Source of the DNA: an uncultured Syntrophaceae bacterium
Lineage (GTDB): Bacteria > Desulfobacterota > SM23-61
Assembly (NCBI GenBank): GCA_964484485.1
Contig: CAZAGD010000130.1
Coordinates: 339 to 64,338, forward strand
DNA length: 64,000 nucleotides
Reading direction: 5' to 3'
Shown: piece by piece, positions 39,083-48,312 of the stretch
Position numbering within the stretch: the first letter of the stretch is position 1
Layout of the letters: every line of letters begins with the position of its first letter
Notes under the pieces: model-generated
Database searches by the model: none
Seen by the model: the letters and a program-made list of their open reading frames with translations, nothing else
What the model was told of the DNA's origin: nothing
Translations under genes and position numbers: made by a program

Positions 39083-40969
39083 TCAGCGCACCTTAGCCCC
39101 TACCTCAGCCTCCTTATCCAAAGTGAGCAGACTGATTCCAGCCTTGCTTTCCGCAGCCAAAATCATTCCTTGAGATTCAATGCCCATTATTTTGGTCGGT
39201 TGCAGATTGGCTATTAAAATAACAGTTTTACCCACAATTTCTTCCGGTCGATAATCTCGAGCTAGGCCGGCTACGACGGTGCGCATCTCTCCTAAATCCA
39301 CAGTGAGTTTTAAAAGTTTTTCTGATTTTTTAATGTTTTCAGCAGCCAGAATTTTGCCAACTCTTAAGTCCAACTTTTGAAAATCTTCCATAGTAATCAA
39401 ATGGGCAGTAGTCATTTTTTCATTTTCCTTTCTTATCCATTGGTCATCGACCCGGGGGAAAAGAGCTTCACCTTTGCAAATTTTTCCTCCCGGCGGCAGA
39501 GCGCCCCATTTCTGTAAACTGGCTAGGGTCTTGAGATCAGGATTAGAGATGCCAAGTTGGTGAAAAATCTTCGCGCTTGTTTGGGGCATTACCGGAGAGA
39601 TAAAGACGCTTATAAAGCGGAGGGTTTCGAGAAGTTGATAAAGAACGGTACCTAAAAGTCCTTTTTTATTAATATCTTTAGCCAAAGCCCAGGGAGCGCG
39701 GGTATCGATATATTTATTGGCCAGGTTAATTATTTCCCAGGTATTGGCCAAGAAGCGATGGAAAGCCAAATCAGCGAATAATTTTTCGGCTTCTTGGGCG
39801 AGTTGTAAGCAAGCAATAGATAATTCTCGGTCTATTTCTTCTTTTTCGCCTGGCGGGGGAATTGCACCCTGATAAAATTTTTCTACCATGGTTAAGGTGC
39901 GGCTAACCAAGTTACCCAAATCATTCGCCAAATCGGCGTTTAAGCGGTTTACTAAGGCGCTCTCACTGAAATTGGCATCCAGGCCAAAAGTCATCTCTCG
40001 CAAAAGAAAGTAACGGAAAGCATCCAACCCATATTTCTCGGCCAATTCTAAGGGTTTAACTATATTGCCCCGACTCTTGGACATTTTTGATTCCGAGATG
40101 ATCCAATAGCCATGGACATTTAAATGTTGGAAAAGAGGTAGGCCAGCTGACTTTAACATAGTTGGCCAATAAATAGCATGGGGCTTAAGAATATCTTTGG
40201 CAATGAGATGTTGGCAGACAGGCCAAAACTTGGGGAAGAGTTCTCCATCGGGGTAGCCGATACCGGTAAGGTAGTTGATCAAAGCATCAAACCAAACATA
40301 AGTTACATAGTTGGGGTCGAAGGGGAGGGGAATCCCCCACTCTAAGCGAGTTTTGGGACGGGAGATACAAAGATCTTCCAAAGGATCACGGAGGAAACCC
40401 AGTACTTCATTTCGATAACGTTGGGGGCGAATGAACTCCGGATTATTTTGAATATAATCAATTAGCCAAGATTGGTATTTACTCATGCGGAAGAAGTAAT
40501 TTTTCTCTTTTATGAATTCGGGCTCTGTACCATGGTCGGGACACTTGCCTTCGACCAGTTCTTTGGCCGTCAAAAAACGTTCACAGCCTCGGCAATAATG
40601 GCCGCCGTATTCTCCAAAATATATGTCTCCTGCTTCATAAACCTTTTGCAAAATAAGTTGCACTACCCGTTTGTGAGCCTCCTCCGTGGTGCGGATGAAG
40701 CGGTCATTGGTAATTTGGAGCTTAGGCCAGAGATGGCGAAATAGAGCACTAATCCGGTCAGCATAAGATTGGGGAGATTCACCGGCAGCTCGCGCCGCTT
40801 GGGCTACTTTATCTCCATGCTCATCCGTTCCCGTAAGGAAAAAAGTTTCGTAGCCGGCCAGCTTGTAGAAGCGGTTAAGCACATCAGCCACAATAGTAGT
40901 ATAGGCATGACCGAGATGGGGTTCGGCATTTACATAATAGATAGGCGTGGTAAAATAAATTCTTTTCAT
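39083..40969 (-). CDS. metG: Methionine--tRNA ligase with C-terminal tRNA-binding domain
   Basis: TTPIYYVN, HLGH, KMSKS, DLRVGKI, ESQGMIL. Confidence 0.96.
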   Translation of the reverse strand: MKRIYFTTPIYYVNAEPHLGHAYTTIVADVLNRFYKLAGYETFFLTGTDEHGDKVAQAARAAGESPQSYADRISALFRHLWPKLQITNDRFIRTTEEAHKRVVQLILQKVYEAGDIYFGEYGGHYCRGCERFLTAKELVEGKCPDHGTEPEFIKEKNYFFRMSKYQSWLIDYIQNNPEFIRPQRYRNEVLGFLRDPLEDLCISRPKTRLEWGIPLPFDPNYVTYVWFDALINYLTGIGYPDGELFPKFWPVCQHLIAKDILKPHAIYWPTMLKSAGLPLFQHLNVHGYWIISESKMSKSRGNIVKPLELAEKYGLDAFRYFLLREMTFGLDANFSESALVNRLNADLANDLGNLVSRTLTMVEKFYQGAIPPPGEKEEIDRELSIACLQLAQEAEKLFADLAFHRFLANTWEIINLANKYIDTRAPWALAKDINKKGLLGTVLYQLLETLRFISVFISPVMPQTSAKIFHQLGISNPDLKTLASLQKWGALPPGGKICKGEALFPRVDDQWIRKENEKMTTAHLITMEDFQKLDLRVGKILAAENIKKSEKLLKLTVDLGEMRTVVAGLARDYRPEEIVGKTVILIANLQPTKIMGIESQGMILAAESKAGISLLTLDKEAEVGAKVR

Positions 40970-41814
40970 TTGCCCTTCCTGTATTTGTCGAAGAGTGTTT
41001 CTTCCCGGATTTCCGGCAAAGGAAATTCGATTTCTTGACCATCATCCAGGGCCACCCGGACTTTTTGATTAAATATATTCTGATTTACCACCTTCCCTGA
41101 GCCCTGGGGAGTTACCACTCTTTTCCCGATCTTGGGAAAGTCTTTTTTGAGTTCGAGATAAGTCTCATACTCGTAAGCCAAGCAACACATTAGACGGCCA
41201 CAGGCTCCGGATATCTTTTGGGGGTTCAGAGCCAAATTTTGCTCCTTGGCCATTTTGATGGATACCGGGGCAAATTCTTTGAGCATCATTCCACAGCAGA
41301 ATTCGCGACCGCAGGTGCCCACTCCGCCGATCATTTTTGTTTCGTTCCGCACTCCTACTTGGCGCATCTCTATCCGGGTTTTAAAAGCACAAGCCAAATC
41401 TTTCACCAACGTGCGAAAATCAACTCGTCCATCAGAAACAAAATAAAAAATTATTTTACTCCCATCAAAGAAAGAGTCAACCCCAATAAGCTTCATGGGG
41501 AGATTATATTCCTGTATCTTGGCCAAACAGAGCTTTTTAGCTTCTCTTTCCCGGAGCAGGTTTTCCCGACCTCTTTCCATGTCCACCTCATCAGCGAGGC
41601 GCATTACTTTTTTTAAAGGTTTAGGAAAATGAGCAGGGTCTCTTTCCAAGGGGGCCCGGGCCACATAGCCTAATTCCGGGCCGCGATCAGTCTCCACTAT
41701 TACAATATCTCTTTCCTTCAAAGAAAAGCCGGTAGCATCATAATCATAAATCCGGCCATGATCCCGGAATTTAATGCCCACCACTTTCATTTTCTTTCTG
41801 TTTCTTTGGGTCAA
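40966..41814 (-). CDS. ricT: PSP1/RicT (YaaT) family Fe-S protein
   Basis: RVDFRTLV, CGREFCC, SGACGRLMCCL; tmk-holB-ricT-metG synteny. Alternative ATG start at 41790. Confidence 0.9.
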   Translation of the reverse strand: MTQRNRKKMKVVGIKFRDHGRIYDYDATGFSLKERDIVIVETDRGPELGYVARAPLERDPAHFPKPLKKVMRLADEVDMERGRENLLREREAKKLCLAKIQEYNLPMKLIGVDSFFDGSKIIFYFVSDGRVDFRTLVKDLACAFKTRIEMRQVGVRNETKMIGGVGTCGREFCCGMMLKEFAPVSIKMAKEQNLALNPQKISGACGRLMCCLAYEYETYLELKKDFPKIGKRVVTPQGSGKVVNQNIFNQKVRVALDDGQEIEFPLPEIREETLFDKYRKGK

Positions 41815-42842
41815 CTAACAGAATGATTAGCGACCCCTCTTTCTTTAAGATTTTTTTGGATGTGCACCATTAAATTTTCTAAGACCAGTTGGGGGTTGAC
41901 TTTATATTCCACGTTTTTTTGGGCCTGAACCAGTCGCTTAAAAATAAAATCAAGGTCTGGCCAGGAGTATTTCTGAGCCTCCCGGCCAATTTGCTCTTCT
42001 AAATCGTGATTAATTAAGGTTAGTTTAACATTTTCTTTTTTTTCAGCTCTAATCTTATAAAGCGCCAGATCGCGCACCCAAATTTTCCAAAGTTCGAGGA
42101 GATCATTAATTTGTTCATTCCGCGCTATTTCTTCACTAAAGGCCGAAATTTCCCTAAAAGATTTTATAGACAAAGTATCCAGCATCTTTAGCCATTCTAA
42201 GCGCTTGGAAAATTCCAAACGTTGGCTAAAAGCCAGAGCGCGGCTTACGCTTCCTTCCCCCAGCGCGGCCAAGAAAAATGCTTTATCTTGGGGGAAAGAG
42301 TGTTTTTCGATGAGGATGCGGGCGATTAGTCCATTAGTAAGAGATTGAAATTTAACCCATTGACAGCGAGACAGAATTGTGGGGAGAAGCATGTGCGGTC
42401 GGGAAGTGATCAGAAAAAAGTAAGTATCTGCCGGCGGCTCTTCCAAAGTTTTGAGGAAAGCGTTAGCCGCTTCTTCATTCATACTTTCGGCAGCCTCTAA
42501 GATACAAATGCGCGCTTTTCCTTCCCAGGGGCGGAAACGAAGGCGGGCCTGTAAATCACGCAGTTGACCAATTTTAATCACCTCCCCGACCGGCTCTATT
42601 AAGGTTAAATCGGGATGAATACTGGCCTGGAATTTCTCACAGGAGGAACATTGGTCACAACAATCATCGGTATTGGGCGGGGTAAGACAGTTCAAGGTCT
42701 TGGCTAAATTAAAGGCGGTTAATCTTTTGCCCACCCCGTCTGGCCCGACGAAGAGATAAGCATGAGCCAAGCGGCCGCTCTGTAAAGCATTCTTTAAAAT
42801 ATTTATAGCTTTTTCCTGTCCCCAAATTTCTTTAAAAGACAT
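41811..42842 (-). CDS. holB: DNA polymerase III delta' subunit
   Basis: HAYLFVGPDGVGK, zinc-binding Cys cluster, HPD, ANAFLKTLEEPP, TILSRC. Confidence 0.94.
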   Translation of the reverse strand: MSFKEIWGQEKAINILKNALQSGRLAHAYLFVGPDGVGKRLTAFNLAKTLNCLTPPNTDDCCDQCSSCEKFQASIHPDLTLIEPVGEVIKIGQLRDLQARLRFRPWEGKARICILEAAESMNEEAANAFLKTLEEPPADTYFFLITSRPHMLLPTILSRCQWVKFQSLTNGLIARILIEKHSFPQDKAFFLAALGEGSVSRALAFSQRLEFSKRLEWLKMLDTLSIKSFREISAFSEEIARNEQINDLLELWKIWVRDLALYKIRAEKKENVKLTLINHDLEEQIGREAQKYSWPDLDFIFKRLVQAQKNVEYKVNPQLVLENLMVHIQKNLKERGVANHSVS

Positions 42843-42844
42843 AA

Positions 42845-43480
42845 TCAGCTATATAATTCTTGAGGAAGATGTCGTAAAATTTCTTGGTGCAAACTATTTT
42901 CATCCTCCAGGCCATTGAGAATGACAAATCTTTCGGGTTCGCGTTGAGCTAAGAAGAGATAACCTTCCCGCACCCGTTGGTGAAAATCCAAACTTTCTTT
43001 TTCAAAGCGATCTTCTTTAATTTTTTGTTTGGCTATTCTGTGCCAGGCCCGCTTTAACCCTTCTTCGGGAGGGAGGTCGAGGAGAAAGGTTAAATTGGGT
43101 TTTATTTCCCCCATGCTGCGCCGATGAATTTCTTCTAACCAGTTAAGATCAAGTTGCCGACCGAATCCTTGATAGGCCAAAGTAGCATCCATAAAGCGGT
43201 CGCACAATACAATTTTATCTTCTTGCAGAGCTGGTAAAATAATCTGGCGGTAGTGTTGCACCCGGTCGGCCAAATAGAGGAAAAGTTCCGTCCAAGGGTC
43301 AATTCGGTCATTATGGGCTAAAAGAAGAATTTCCCGAATCTTTTCTCCTAATTTTGTCCCTCCGGGTTCGCGGGTAAGGAGAAAGAGTTGTCCTTTTTTT
43401 TCTAAAAAAGAGGCTAAATGATTGATTTGGGTGGTTTTGCCGCACCCTTCTATGCCCTCGAAGGTGATGAAGAATCTCAT
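42845..43480 (-). CDS. tmk: Thymidylate kinase
   Basis: FEGIEGCGKTTQ, TREPGG, CDRF, AYQG. Confidence 0.96.
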   Translation of the reverse strand: MRFFITFEGIEGCGKTTQINHLASFLEKKGQLFLLTREPGGTKLGEKIREILLLAHNDRIDPWTELFLYLADRVQHYRQIILPALQEDKIVLCDRFMDATLAYQGFGRQLDLNWLEEIHRRSMGEIKPNLTFLLDLPPEEGLKRAWHRIAKQKIKEDRFEKESLDFHQRVREGYLFLAQREPERFVILNGLEDENSLHQEILRHLPQELYS

Positions 43481-43493
43481 ATTTCAATTTTAA

Positions 43494-43522
43494 ATTATAG
43501 GGGAAAAACTAACTTTTTACAA
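43494..43522 (-). promoter_or_regulatory. sigma70 promoter of the tmk operon
   Basis: TTGTAA-17 bp-TATAAT; degenerate element end ttgaccctc 12 bp upstream (43535-43543). Confidence 0.65.
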
Positions 43523-43598
43523 ATTACTTTTTCTTTGACCCTCTAAAAGTTTTAATGATTATCGCCTTCCTAAATATTAGATCAAAGGAGTGCAAAAT

Positions 43599-43627
43599 AA
43601 AAAAGCCGGAGAAAATCTTTCTCCGGC
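43599..43627 (-). terminator. Intrinsic terminator after the second tctC
   Basis: gccggagaaa / tttctccggc stem followed by a U-tract on the minus strand. Confidence 0.75.
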
Positions 43628-43659
43628 CTAAAATACTCGAAAGCAATGGGTTTTGGCCA

Positions 43660-44622
43660 TTATTGTTTTTCCAGCCCAAGTTTTTTGACTAATTTTTCTA
43701 TACGCTCAAATTCTTGCCGAATATATTTTTCATAATCTGCCGGCCCCAGATAATAATTATTCATATCGAATTTTTTCATAACATTGAGAAACTCAGGGTC
43801 ATCCATAGATTTCTTAAAAGCATCATGGATTTTGGCAACTATTGGCTGAGGAATTCCTTTTGGCCCAATTAAGCCCAAATGGCTTCTGGCCACCACGTCA
43901 TACCCAACTTCTTTCATTGTGGGGACTTGGGGATAACGTTGGCAGCGTTGTTCACTATAAATGGCTAAGAGCCTGAATTTGCCGGCATCTACTAAAGGAG
44001 CCCATCCCGAAGAATCCGAAACTACGTCGATATGCCCGCCTAAAAGAGCAGCGTTATTTTCGGCAATGCCCTTGTAAGGCATGTGCGTCAACTGCATGCC
44101 AGCTGCCATACTTAGCTCTTCCATGGCCAGATGGGGAGGAGTACCAACTCCGGGAGATCCATAAGTTAATTTCTTAGGATTTTGCTTAGCATATTGGATT
44201 AATTCTGCCATAGTTTTCCAGGGAGAGTCCGCCCGGACCACAATGCCGAAGAGATAATTACCCCAGCGCATGATATGGGTTAAATCATTAACCGGATGAA
44301 AATCAAGTTTGCCCATATGGAAGGCCATGATGGGGCTGCTCGTTATGATGCCCAAAGTATAACCGTCAGGTGATTTGGTCCTCACTAAGCTGGGCCCGAC
44401 TGTGCCTCCGCCACCTGATTTATTTTCGCACACAATAGGTTGGCCCAAATATTTTTTGGCGGCATTGGCCAAAGCCCGCGCAGTCAAATCAGTTGATCCA
44501 CCCGGAGGGTATTGGATAATTAAAGTGATGGATTTAGTGGGATAATCTGCAGCCCAGATAATTCCTCCTAAGGCCATAATAAAAATTAATGTTCCCCAAA
44601 GACATAAAAACCATTTTTTCAT
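43660..44622 (-). CDS. tctC: TTT substrate-binding protein (Bug/TctC)
   Basis: YPTKSITLIIQYPPGGSTD, PDGYTL, MPYKG; ATG at 44622 with a GGAGG RBS. Confidence 0.9.
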   Translation of the reverse strand: MKKWFLCLWGTLIFIMALGGIIWAADYPTKSITLIIQYPPGGSTDLTARALANAAKKYLGQPIVCENKSGGGGTVGPSLVRTKSPDGYTLGIITSSPIMAFHMGKLDFHPVNDLTHIMRWGNYLFGIVVRADSPWKTMAELIQYAKQNPKKLTYGSPGVGTPPHLAMEELSMAAGMQLTHMPYKGIAENNAALLGGHIDVVSDSSGWAPLVDAGKFRLLAIYSEQRCQRYPQVPTMKEVGYDVVARSHLGLIGPKGIPQPIVAKIHDAFKKSMDDPEFLNVMKKFDMNNYYLGPADYEKYIRQEFERIEKLVKKLGLEKQ

Positions 44623-44658
44623 CGATTTTTTTCCTCCCTTTTTAAATTTTTCTTGCCT

Positions 44659-44687
44659 AAAATAGCAGTATCTTTTTTGTATGTCAA
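44659..44687 (-). promoter_or_regulatory. Internal sigma70 promoter for the second tctC
   Basis: TTGACA-17 bp-TATTTT with an extended TG. Confidence 0.6.
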
Positions 44688-44699
44688 TAATTTTGGCGG

Positions 44700-44814
44700 C
44701 GGACCGTCGATCAGTTTTAATATTTCTCGCTAGCAGCAAACAGGCGGGAGGGGGAGAGACTCTCTCCCCCTCCCGCCTGAATTAAGCTGGAATTTAAAAA
44801 GTTTTGACGCTCAG
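44700..44814. mobile_element. Full-length 115-bp CTGACCGTC-family MITE with a central hairpin
   Basis: Ends cggaccgtcgatcagttttaa and ttaaaaagttttgacgctcag; central caggcgggagggggaga / tctccccctcccgcctg stem. Confidence 0.75.
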
Positions 44815-44834
44815 CTTTTGGATTTGATCATTGG

Positions 44835-46349
44835 TTAAGTGACATTTTCCTGTTCAAGTACTGTCCCTGGTCTACGACGACGAAGCCAGGGTAAAATAGG
44901 AATGATAAGCAGTATAAGAGCAATAATAAGACAGGTGGCGGAAATCGGGCTGGCGAAAAATATGGCAAAGCTGCCTTTCGATTTAATTAAAGATAGCCTG
45001 AGAGCTGTTTCCAGCATGGGGCCCAGCACAAAAGCTAAGACTAAAGGAGCAGGTTCTAAAGAAAGCTTACGCATGAAATAGCCGATTACACCAAATATGA
45101 GCATGATCAGCACATCAATGCTGCTATTGTTTATCGAATAGGAACCAATTAAGCAAAAAAGGATGATGATGGGAAAAAGAATGGAATAAGGTACTTTTAA
45201 AAGTTTTACCCAAATGCCGATCAAGGGTAAGTTTAAGGCCAATAGCATGGCATTACCTATATACATACTGGCTACCACGCCCCAGAATAAATCAGGGTGT
45301 TGAGACAATAAAAGCGGTCCGGGGGTGACGCCATGGATAATTAAAGCTCCTAAGAGCATAGCCATAACTACATTGGAGGGAATTCCCAAAGTGAGTAGAG
45401 GAATGAAGGCAGCTTGGGCCGCAGAATTATTTGCCGATTCAGGGGCAGCAACGCCTTCAATCGTTCCTTGGCCAAATTTTTCAGGGTAGGGAGAGACTTT
45501 CTTTTCGATAGCATAAGAAACAAAAGAGGCAATTACAGCTCCTCCTCCAGGAAGAGTTCCCAAAAAGAAGCCGATCACCGTCCCTCTTAAAATAGACCAG
45601 ATAGATTTTGCCCAATCACTCCAAGTTGGCAGAAGGCCCGTCACCTTGGTCGTAAAAATTTCCCGCTTTATTTTTAATTCAATATTGAGGAGGACTTCCG
45701 AAATTCCAAAAAGCCCCATGACCAGAGGGACGAGTCCTACCCCGTCGAGAAGCTCCGGAATGTTAAAAGAAAAACGGGCTAAACCAGAAATATTATCCAA
45801 CCCCACTGTACCGATAACTAAGCCAAAGGCAGCCATCATCAAAGCCCGAATCATAGAAGCAGAGGTTAAAAAGGTAAGAACAGTTAAGCCTAAGACCATT
45901 AAAGAGAAATATTCGGGCGGCCCAAATTTTAGGGCAAAATCCACCAAGGGGGGAGCAACTAAAATAAGGCCCAATATGCCTAAAGTTCCCGCAATGAATG
46001 AGCCAAAGGCGCTAATGCCTAAAGCCGGTCCAGCTCTTCCCTTACGGGCCATCTGGTAACCATCAAGACAGGTCATTACTGAAGAAGCTTCGCCAGGAAT
46101 GTTTACTAAAATAGAAGTTGTGGAACCGCCATATTGGGCACCGTAATAAATTCCGGCTAACATGATGATCGAAGCAACAGGAGAGGTATGAAAGGTGGCC
46201 GGCAGAAGAAGAGACATAGCCGCTACTGGCCCCAGACCAGGGAGGACACCCACTAAGGTACCAATGAGCACGCCAAAGAAGCAATAAAAGAGATTAATAG
46301 GTTGCAGGGCGACTTCAAAACCTAAAAAAAGGTGATGGAAAATGTCCAA
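44835..46349 (-). CDS. tctA: TTT large subunit TctA
   Basis: GAQYGGS, NIPGEASS, DGYQMA, ESANN. Confidence 0.92.
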   Translation of the reverse strand: MDIFHHLFLGFEVALQPINLFYCFFGVLIGTLVGVLPGLGPVAAMSLLLPATFHTSPVASIIMLAGIYYGAQYGGSTTSILVNIPGEASSVMTCLDGYQMARKGRAGPALGISAFGSFIAGTLGILGLILVAPPLVDFALKFGPPEYFSLMVLGLTVLTFLTSASMIRALMMAAFGLVIGTVGLDNISGLARFSFNIPELLDGVGLVPLVMGLFGISEVLLNIELKIKREIFTTKVTGLLPTWSDWAKSIWSILRGTVIGFFLGTLPGGGAVIASFVSYAIEKKVSPYPEKFGQGTIEGVAAPESANNSAAQAAFIPLLTLGIPSNVVMAMLLGALIIHGVTPGPLLLSQHPDLFWGVVASMYIGNAMLLALNLPLIGIWVKLLKVPYSILFPIIILFCLIGSYSINNSSIDVLIMLIFGVIGYFMRKLSLEPAPLVLAFVLGPMLETALRLSLIKSKGSFAIFFASPISATCLIIALILLIIPILPWLRRRRPGTVLEQENVT

Positions 46350-46365
46350 AGCTATCTTCCCCCCT

Positions 46366-46827
46366 TTAAAACCCCAAAACTCCGCGGGGGAGTTGGCTCT
46401 CCAGACCTATTTTAAATACTAAATAGAATAAACCCGTAGTAATCAAGGAAGCGAAAATTACTTGGCCGATGGGTCTGGGTTCCATTAAGCGGAAAAGGAA
46501 AAGCAACAGAAGAATAGTACCGAAAATAAAACCTAAAGTTGAAAATAAGATTACATAAACAAAAAGGATGGCGATCGTTTGCCATAGCTTAGGCCAGTTT
46601 ATATTGGCCCAGATCTCCCGGTCTAATCGTTCATCTTTCCATTGGTTAATAAGACCTCGGAGAAGGTCTATCAGCGCTAATGCCCCTAAAACTAAGGCGC
46701 TGAGGAAAGGCATAAAGCCAGCATGAGGTTGCTGCCAGGAGCCTAAGCCAAGTTTTATACTTCCAGCACAAACAGAGACAGCCAAGCCTATCCAGAATAG
46801 ATCATTAATGAGGAAGGTTTTCTTCAA
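46366..46827 (-). CDS. tctB: TTT small subunit TctB
   Basis: PHAGFMP, terminal LPRG, about 4 TM segments; adjacent to tctA. Confidence 0.85.
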   Translation of the reverse strand: MKKTFLINDLFWIGLAVSVCAGSIKLGLGSWQQPHAGFMPFLSALVLGALALIDLLRGLINQWKDERLDREIWANINWPKLWQTIAILFVYVILFSTLGFIFGTILLLLFLFRLMEPRPIGQVIFASLITTGLFYLVFKIGLESQLPRGVLGF

Positions 46828-46848
46828 GATTTCCTCCTTGGTTATTGG

Positions 46849-47952
46849 TTATTTTAAATGAGGATCCAATACTACTTTAATGGGGTCTTCCCCTTTAATT
46901 TCTCCGGCTACTAAAGCGATAGCTTTTTCAGCTTCGCTAAGAGGAAGACGGTGGGTAATTAGATCAGCAAAGGGATAAGTTCTTTGGCGCGCTAATTGAA
47001 TAGCTGCTTTAACCGCGCGAAAATCGTGGGAGAGTACTCCGTAAACGCTTATTTCACGCATAACTATTTGATCTAAATTTAGGGCGGCTTTTTGTCCTTT
47101 ATAAAGACCGGGCATGACCACAATCCCTTTTTTGCCAGCAAGGGAAATCGCTAAATCTGCGCCAGCAGGATTACCCGAAACGTCCATTACAACCTTAGCC
47201 ATTCTTCCGTTGGTGAGTTCTTGAACTACCTTCTGAGGATCCTCTTGGTCAATATTTATGACATGATCTGCCCCAAAGCGTTGGGCTATTTGGAGCCGAT
47301 TTTTATCGCGGGACAGGCCCAAGAGGATGATCGGATAAGCTCCAGCTTCCTTAGCTATAGCTACACCGGCAATTCCTTGTTGTCCTGGACCAATTATTAC
47401 TACCGGATCGGCAAAAGAAACCCCGCCCACCTGCCTTAGCCAGCGCACAGCATTTCCTAAAACGGCGCAGATAAGCACTCCTACTTCGGGAGATATATCC
47501 TCCCCAATTTTGTGCACCATGGCCCGCGGATGGAGGTATACATATTCACTGTATCCCCCAAAGAGGTGCGGTGGATGCTTACAAGAAATCATTGAACCAT
47601 AAGCATAACTTTCTTCGCAGAGATTATAATTTCCGGAAAGACAATACAGACACTTTCCGCAACCAAAAGAATACTCGATTACCGCCCGATCTCCTTCCCT
47701 AACTCCCCATCTTTTTTGGGCCTCTTCCCCAACGGCTGCTATGCGTCCCACTATTTCATGGCCCAATATTAGGGGGTAAGGTCGGGGGCCTCGCGTGGTT
47801 TTGCCGGCGAAGATTCCTGGATCTGAACCACATACCCCCACCAACTCCACTTGCAGGAGACCATCTTCTTCACCTATTTGGGGCAGATCGAATAATTGGA
47901 GGCTCATTGTCCGGGGAGCGGTAAGTACCATGGCGCGACATTTATTTTTCAT
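46849..47952 (-). CDS. Zinc-binding (MDR) alcohol/polyol dehydrogenase
   Basis: GVCGSD, LGHE, CGKCLYC..C structural zinc site, GPGQQG. Confidence 0.88.
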   Translation of the reverse strand: MKNKCRAMVLTAPRTMSLQLFDLPQIGEEDGLLQVELVGVCGSDPGIFAGKTTRGPRPYPLILGHEIVGRIAAVGEEAQKRWGVREGDRAVIEYSFGCGKCLYCLSGNYNLCEESYAYGSMISCKHPPHLFGGYSEYVYLHPRAMVHKIGEDISPEVGVLICAVLGNAVRWLRQVGGVSFADPVVIIGPGQQGIAGVAIAKEAGAYPIILLGLSRDKNRLQIAQRFGADHVINIDQEDPQKVVQELTNGRMAKVVMDVSGNPAGADLAISLAGKKGIVVMPGLYKGQKAALNLDQIVMREISVYGVLSHDFRAVKAAIQLARQRTYPFADLITHRLPLSEAEKAIALVAGEIKGEDPIKVVLDPHLK

Positions 47953-47985
47953 CTTTTCTCCCTATACGATAGATTTAGGAATAGA

Positions 47986-48014
47986 AGTATAAATAAAAGA
48001 TGAAAAAAAAGCAA
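47986..48014 (-). promoter_or_regulatory. sigma70 promoter of the Zn-ADH-tctBA operon
   Basis: TTGCTT-17 bp-TATACT; element end ctgaccgtcggttaa 12 bp upstream (48027). Confidence 0.65.
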
Positions 48015-48087
48015 TTAGGAGAAATTCTGACCGTCGGTTAATTTGGGAATTTGCCCTTAATTCATCTAATAGATGAAGAAAAATCTT

Positions 48088-48200
48088 TCATTCCTGTGAA
48101 AACATGAAGCAGGCATGAAGCAGGCATGAAGCAGGCATGAAGCAGGCAGGAATGCAGGATCTTAATTTTTTTCTGGATTCCGGCCGGCGCGGGATTGATG
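48088..48200. repeat. TCATTCC/GGAATCCAG palindromic repeat pair with 4x CATGAAGCAGG inserted at 48103-48146
   Basis: tcattcctgtgaaaa[catgaagcagg x4]caggaatgcag, followed by ctggattccggccggcgcgggattga. Confidence 0.85.
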
Positions 48201-48312
48201 GAATTGGCTGCCGAGGGAGCTTTTTCAGAGATCCCCCAAATTAAACTTGACAAAAGAGAAAATTGTTATATTTCTTAAAGCTATAGAAATAAGCTTAATG
48301 AAGGAGAAAAAA

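Noticed and set aside
48103-48146. Possible CRISPR array
   Set aside because: 11-nt head-to-tail units with no spacers, and no cas genes in the window.
48062-48253. 63-aa ORF with Cys/His periodicity
   Set aside because: A translation artefact of the 11-mer array; the same applies to 14548-14757.
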